DNA of 64,000 bases from Somniosus microcephalus (lineage: Eukaryota): NCBI GenBank assembly GCA_052327205.1, contig CM126208.1:82460001-82524000 (forward strand), given 5' to 3'. Of this stretch, positions 62,879 to 64,000 are shown in pieces. Numbering within the stretch: position 1 is the first letter of the stretch; each line of letters begins with the position of its first letter. The notes beneath the pieces were generated by a model. That model did not search any database. It was given only the letters and a program-made list of their open reading frames with translations, and was not told the DNA's origin. Made by a program: the position numbers and the translations under genes.

Positions 62879-64000
62879 TCGGCGGGGGGGGGTGGGGGGG
62901 GGTGGTGGAGAGCGCAAGCACCGAGAATTGAACAAGGAGAAATAAAAAGTCTGTCAACCTGGTTAATTTCATTCTGAAAATATTTATTCTGTATTCATTC
63001 TGTGACTGCAAGTAGTTTAGCTGACTGATTTTGTGTGCTAGTGTGCCCTTTCTCATTGTACACTTTTGTGCACGATGATGATGTCAAGGTACCCATATTT
63101 TTTTTAGTCTGATAATTAATGTGCATGCTTTGAACAGCCCTCATTTACAGTATAAATCAAAAACTGGATAGTTGATTGAATTAATTTTTATTTTTATTTG
63201 GTGAGGCACTGAATCTTAAAGGGTCAGAGAGTGGCACATGCCTAATTTAGGTTGACATACTGATTTTTTTTAAAAACCGCATTGTAGCATGAGGTTTGTC
63301 TATGTATGGAATTGTTGTTCCAGTCTTTTGAAGGAAAGTTAAATGCTTATTTGTAATTTGCAGGAATTATTCAAGCACATTACTGACATCCCACCAAATC
63401 TCTTTACTGATCCCATGTGCCAGTGAGGCTCGAATGGAAATGCATAATTTTAATATAAATTGCCTGATTTGCATAGACAATTAGTCAAGCTACAGTTCTG
63501 ATCGTAAGCAAAATTGTTTTCCTGTTTTGCCATTGAGCGAGAATTTCAATTCACCTTGAATATTTACAGAAAAATTGACACAGATTAGAGGATTGAAGGT
63601 GATTTTTTAAAAACAACATATCTGTGTATGTGCAGAATTAATCTATATTTGTAAAATGGTGCACTTTATATGCAGAAGATTACATTGAAAAATGGGCCCA
63701 AAACCCATGTGCACAATATATGCAAGTGTGCATAATGGCTACATTTTTTAATTAAAGTGTATATCAAAGTAATATTTCCATATAATATGCGCTACTTTAC
63801 GAGTTTGAAAAGGACCCCAAGCCAGGGTCACATTAACTATGAGTGTGTTGCTTCTGGTGAATGTTGTATGCAAAAAAAAAAGGTGTGAATTTTAATAGAT
63901 ATGAAAGCAACATGCCAAGCCTATCTTAACAAAGCCAACAGTGTGGTGCAACCTACATTGATAAGTTGTACCATAGTTGATGATCATAGGGAGTATTACA

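Overview
Eukaryotic, AT-rich vertebrate DNA; the repeat content (CR1/L2/RTE LINEs, Deu-domain SINEs, LF-SINE-like copies) suggests a cartilaginous fish, which is an inference. The window holds the 5' portion of RUNX1T1 (ETO/MTG8) on the + strand: three alternative first exons (MVGISGSYQ at 2912, a frame-broken MCH-type exon at 6305, MP at 20060) and eight internal coding exons (28622-59093) covering NHR1/TAFH and NHR2. The NHR3 and MYND exons lie beyond the window. Most ORFs in the track are LINE fragments or spurious. The main unexpected feature is in intron 4: a 2.2-kb composite hAT-type element (53741-55963) bounded by a perfect 8-bp target-site duplication (TGCTACAG). It carries a copy of TPP2 exon 1, including the catalytic-Asp motif and an apparent splice donor, which points to DNA-transposon gene capture. 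The cargo is in phase with the flanking RUNX1T1 exons. Other notable items: a MITE that supplies a ready-made ETO9a-like truncating exon, an inverted MITE pair carrying RFX X-box-like motifs and a 17-nt micro-inversion, a nested LF-SINE/CR1/RTE/CR1 stack, and hairpin-dense MITEs. All homology calls come from my recall of known sequences, not from database searches.
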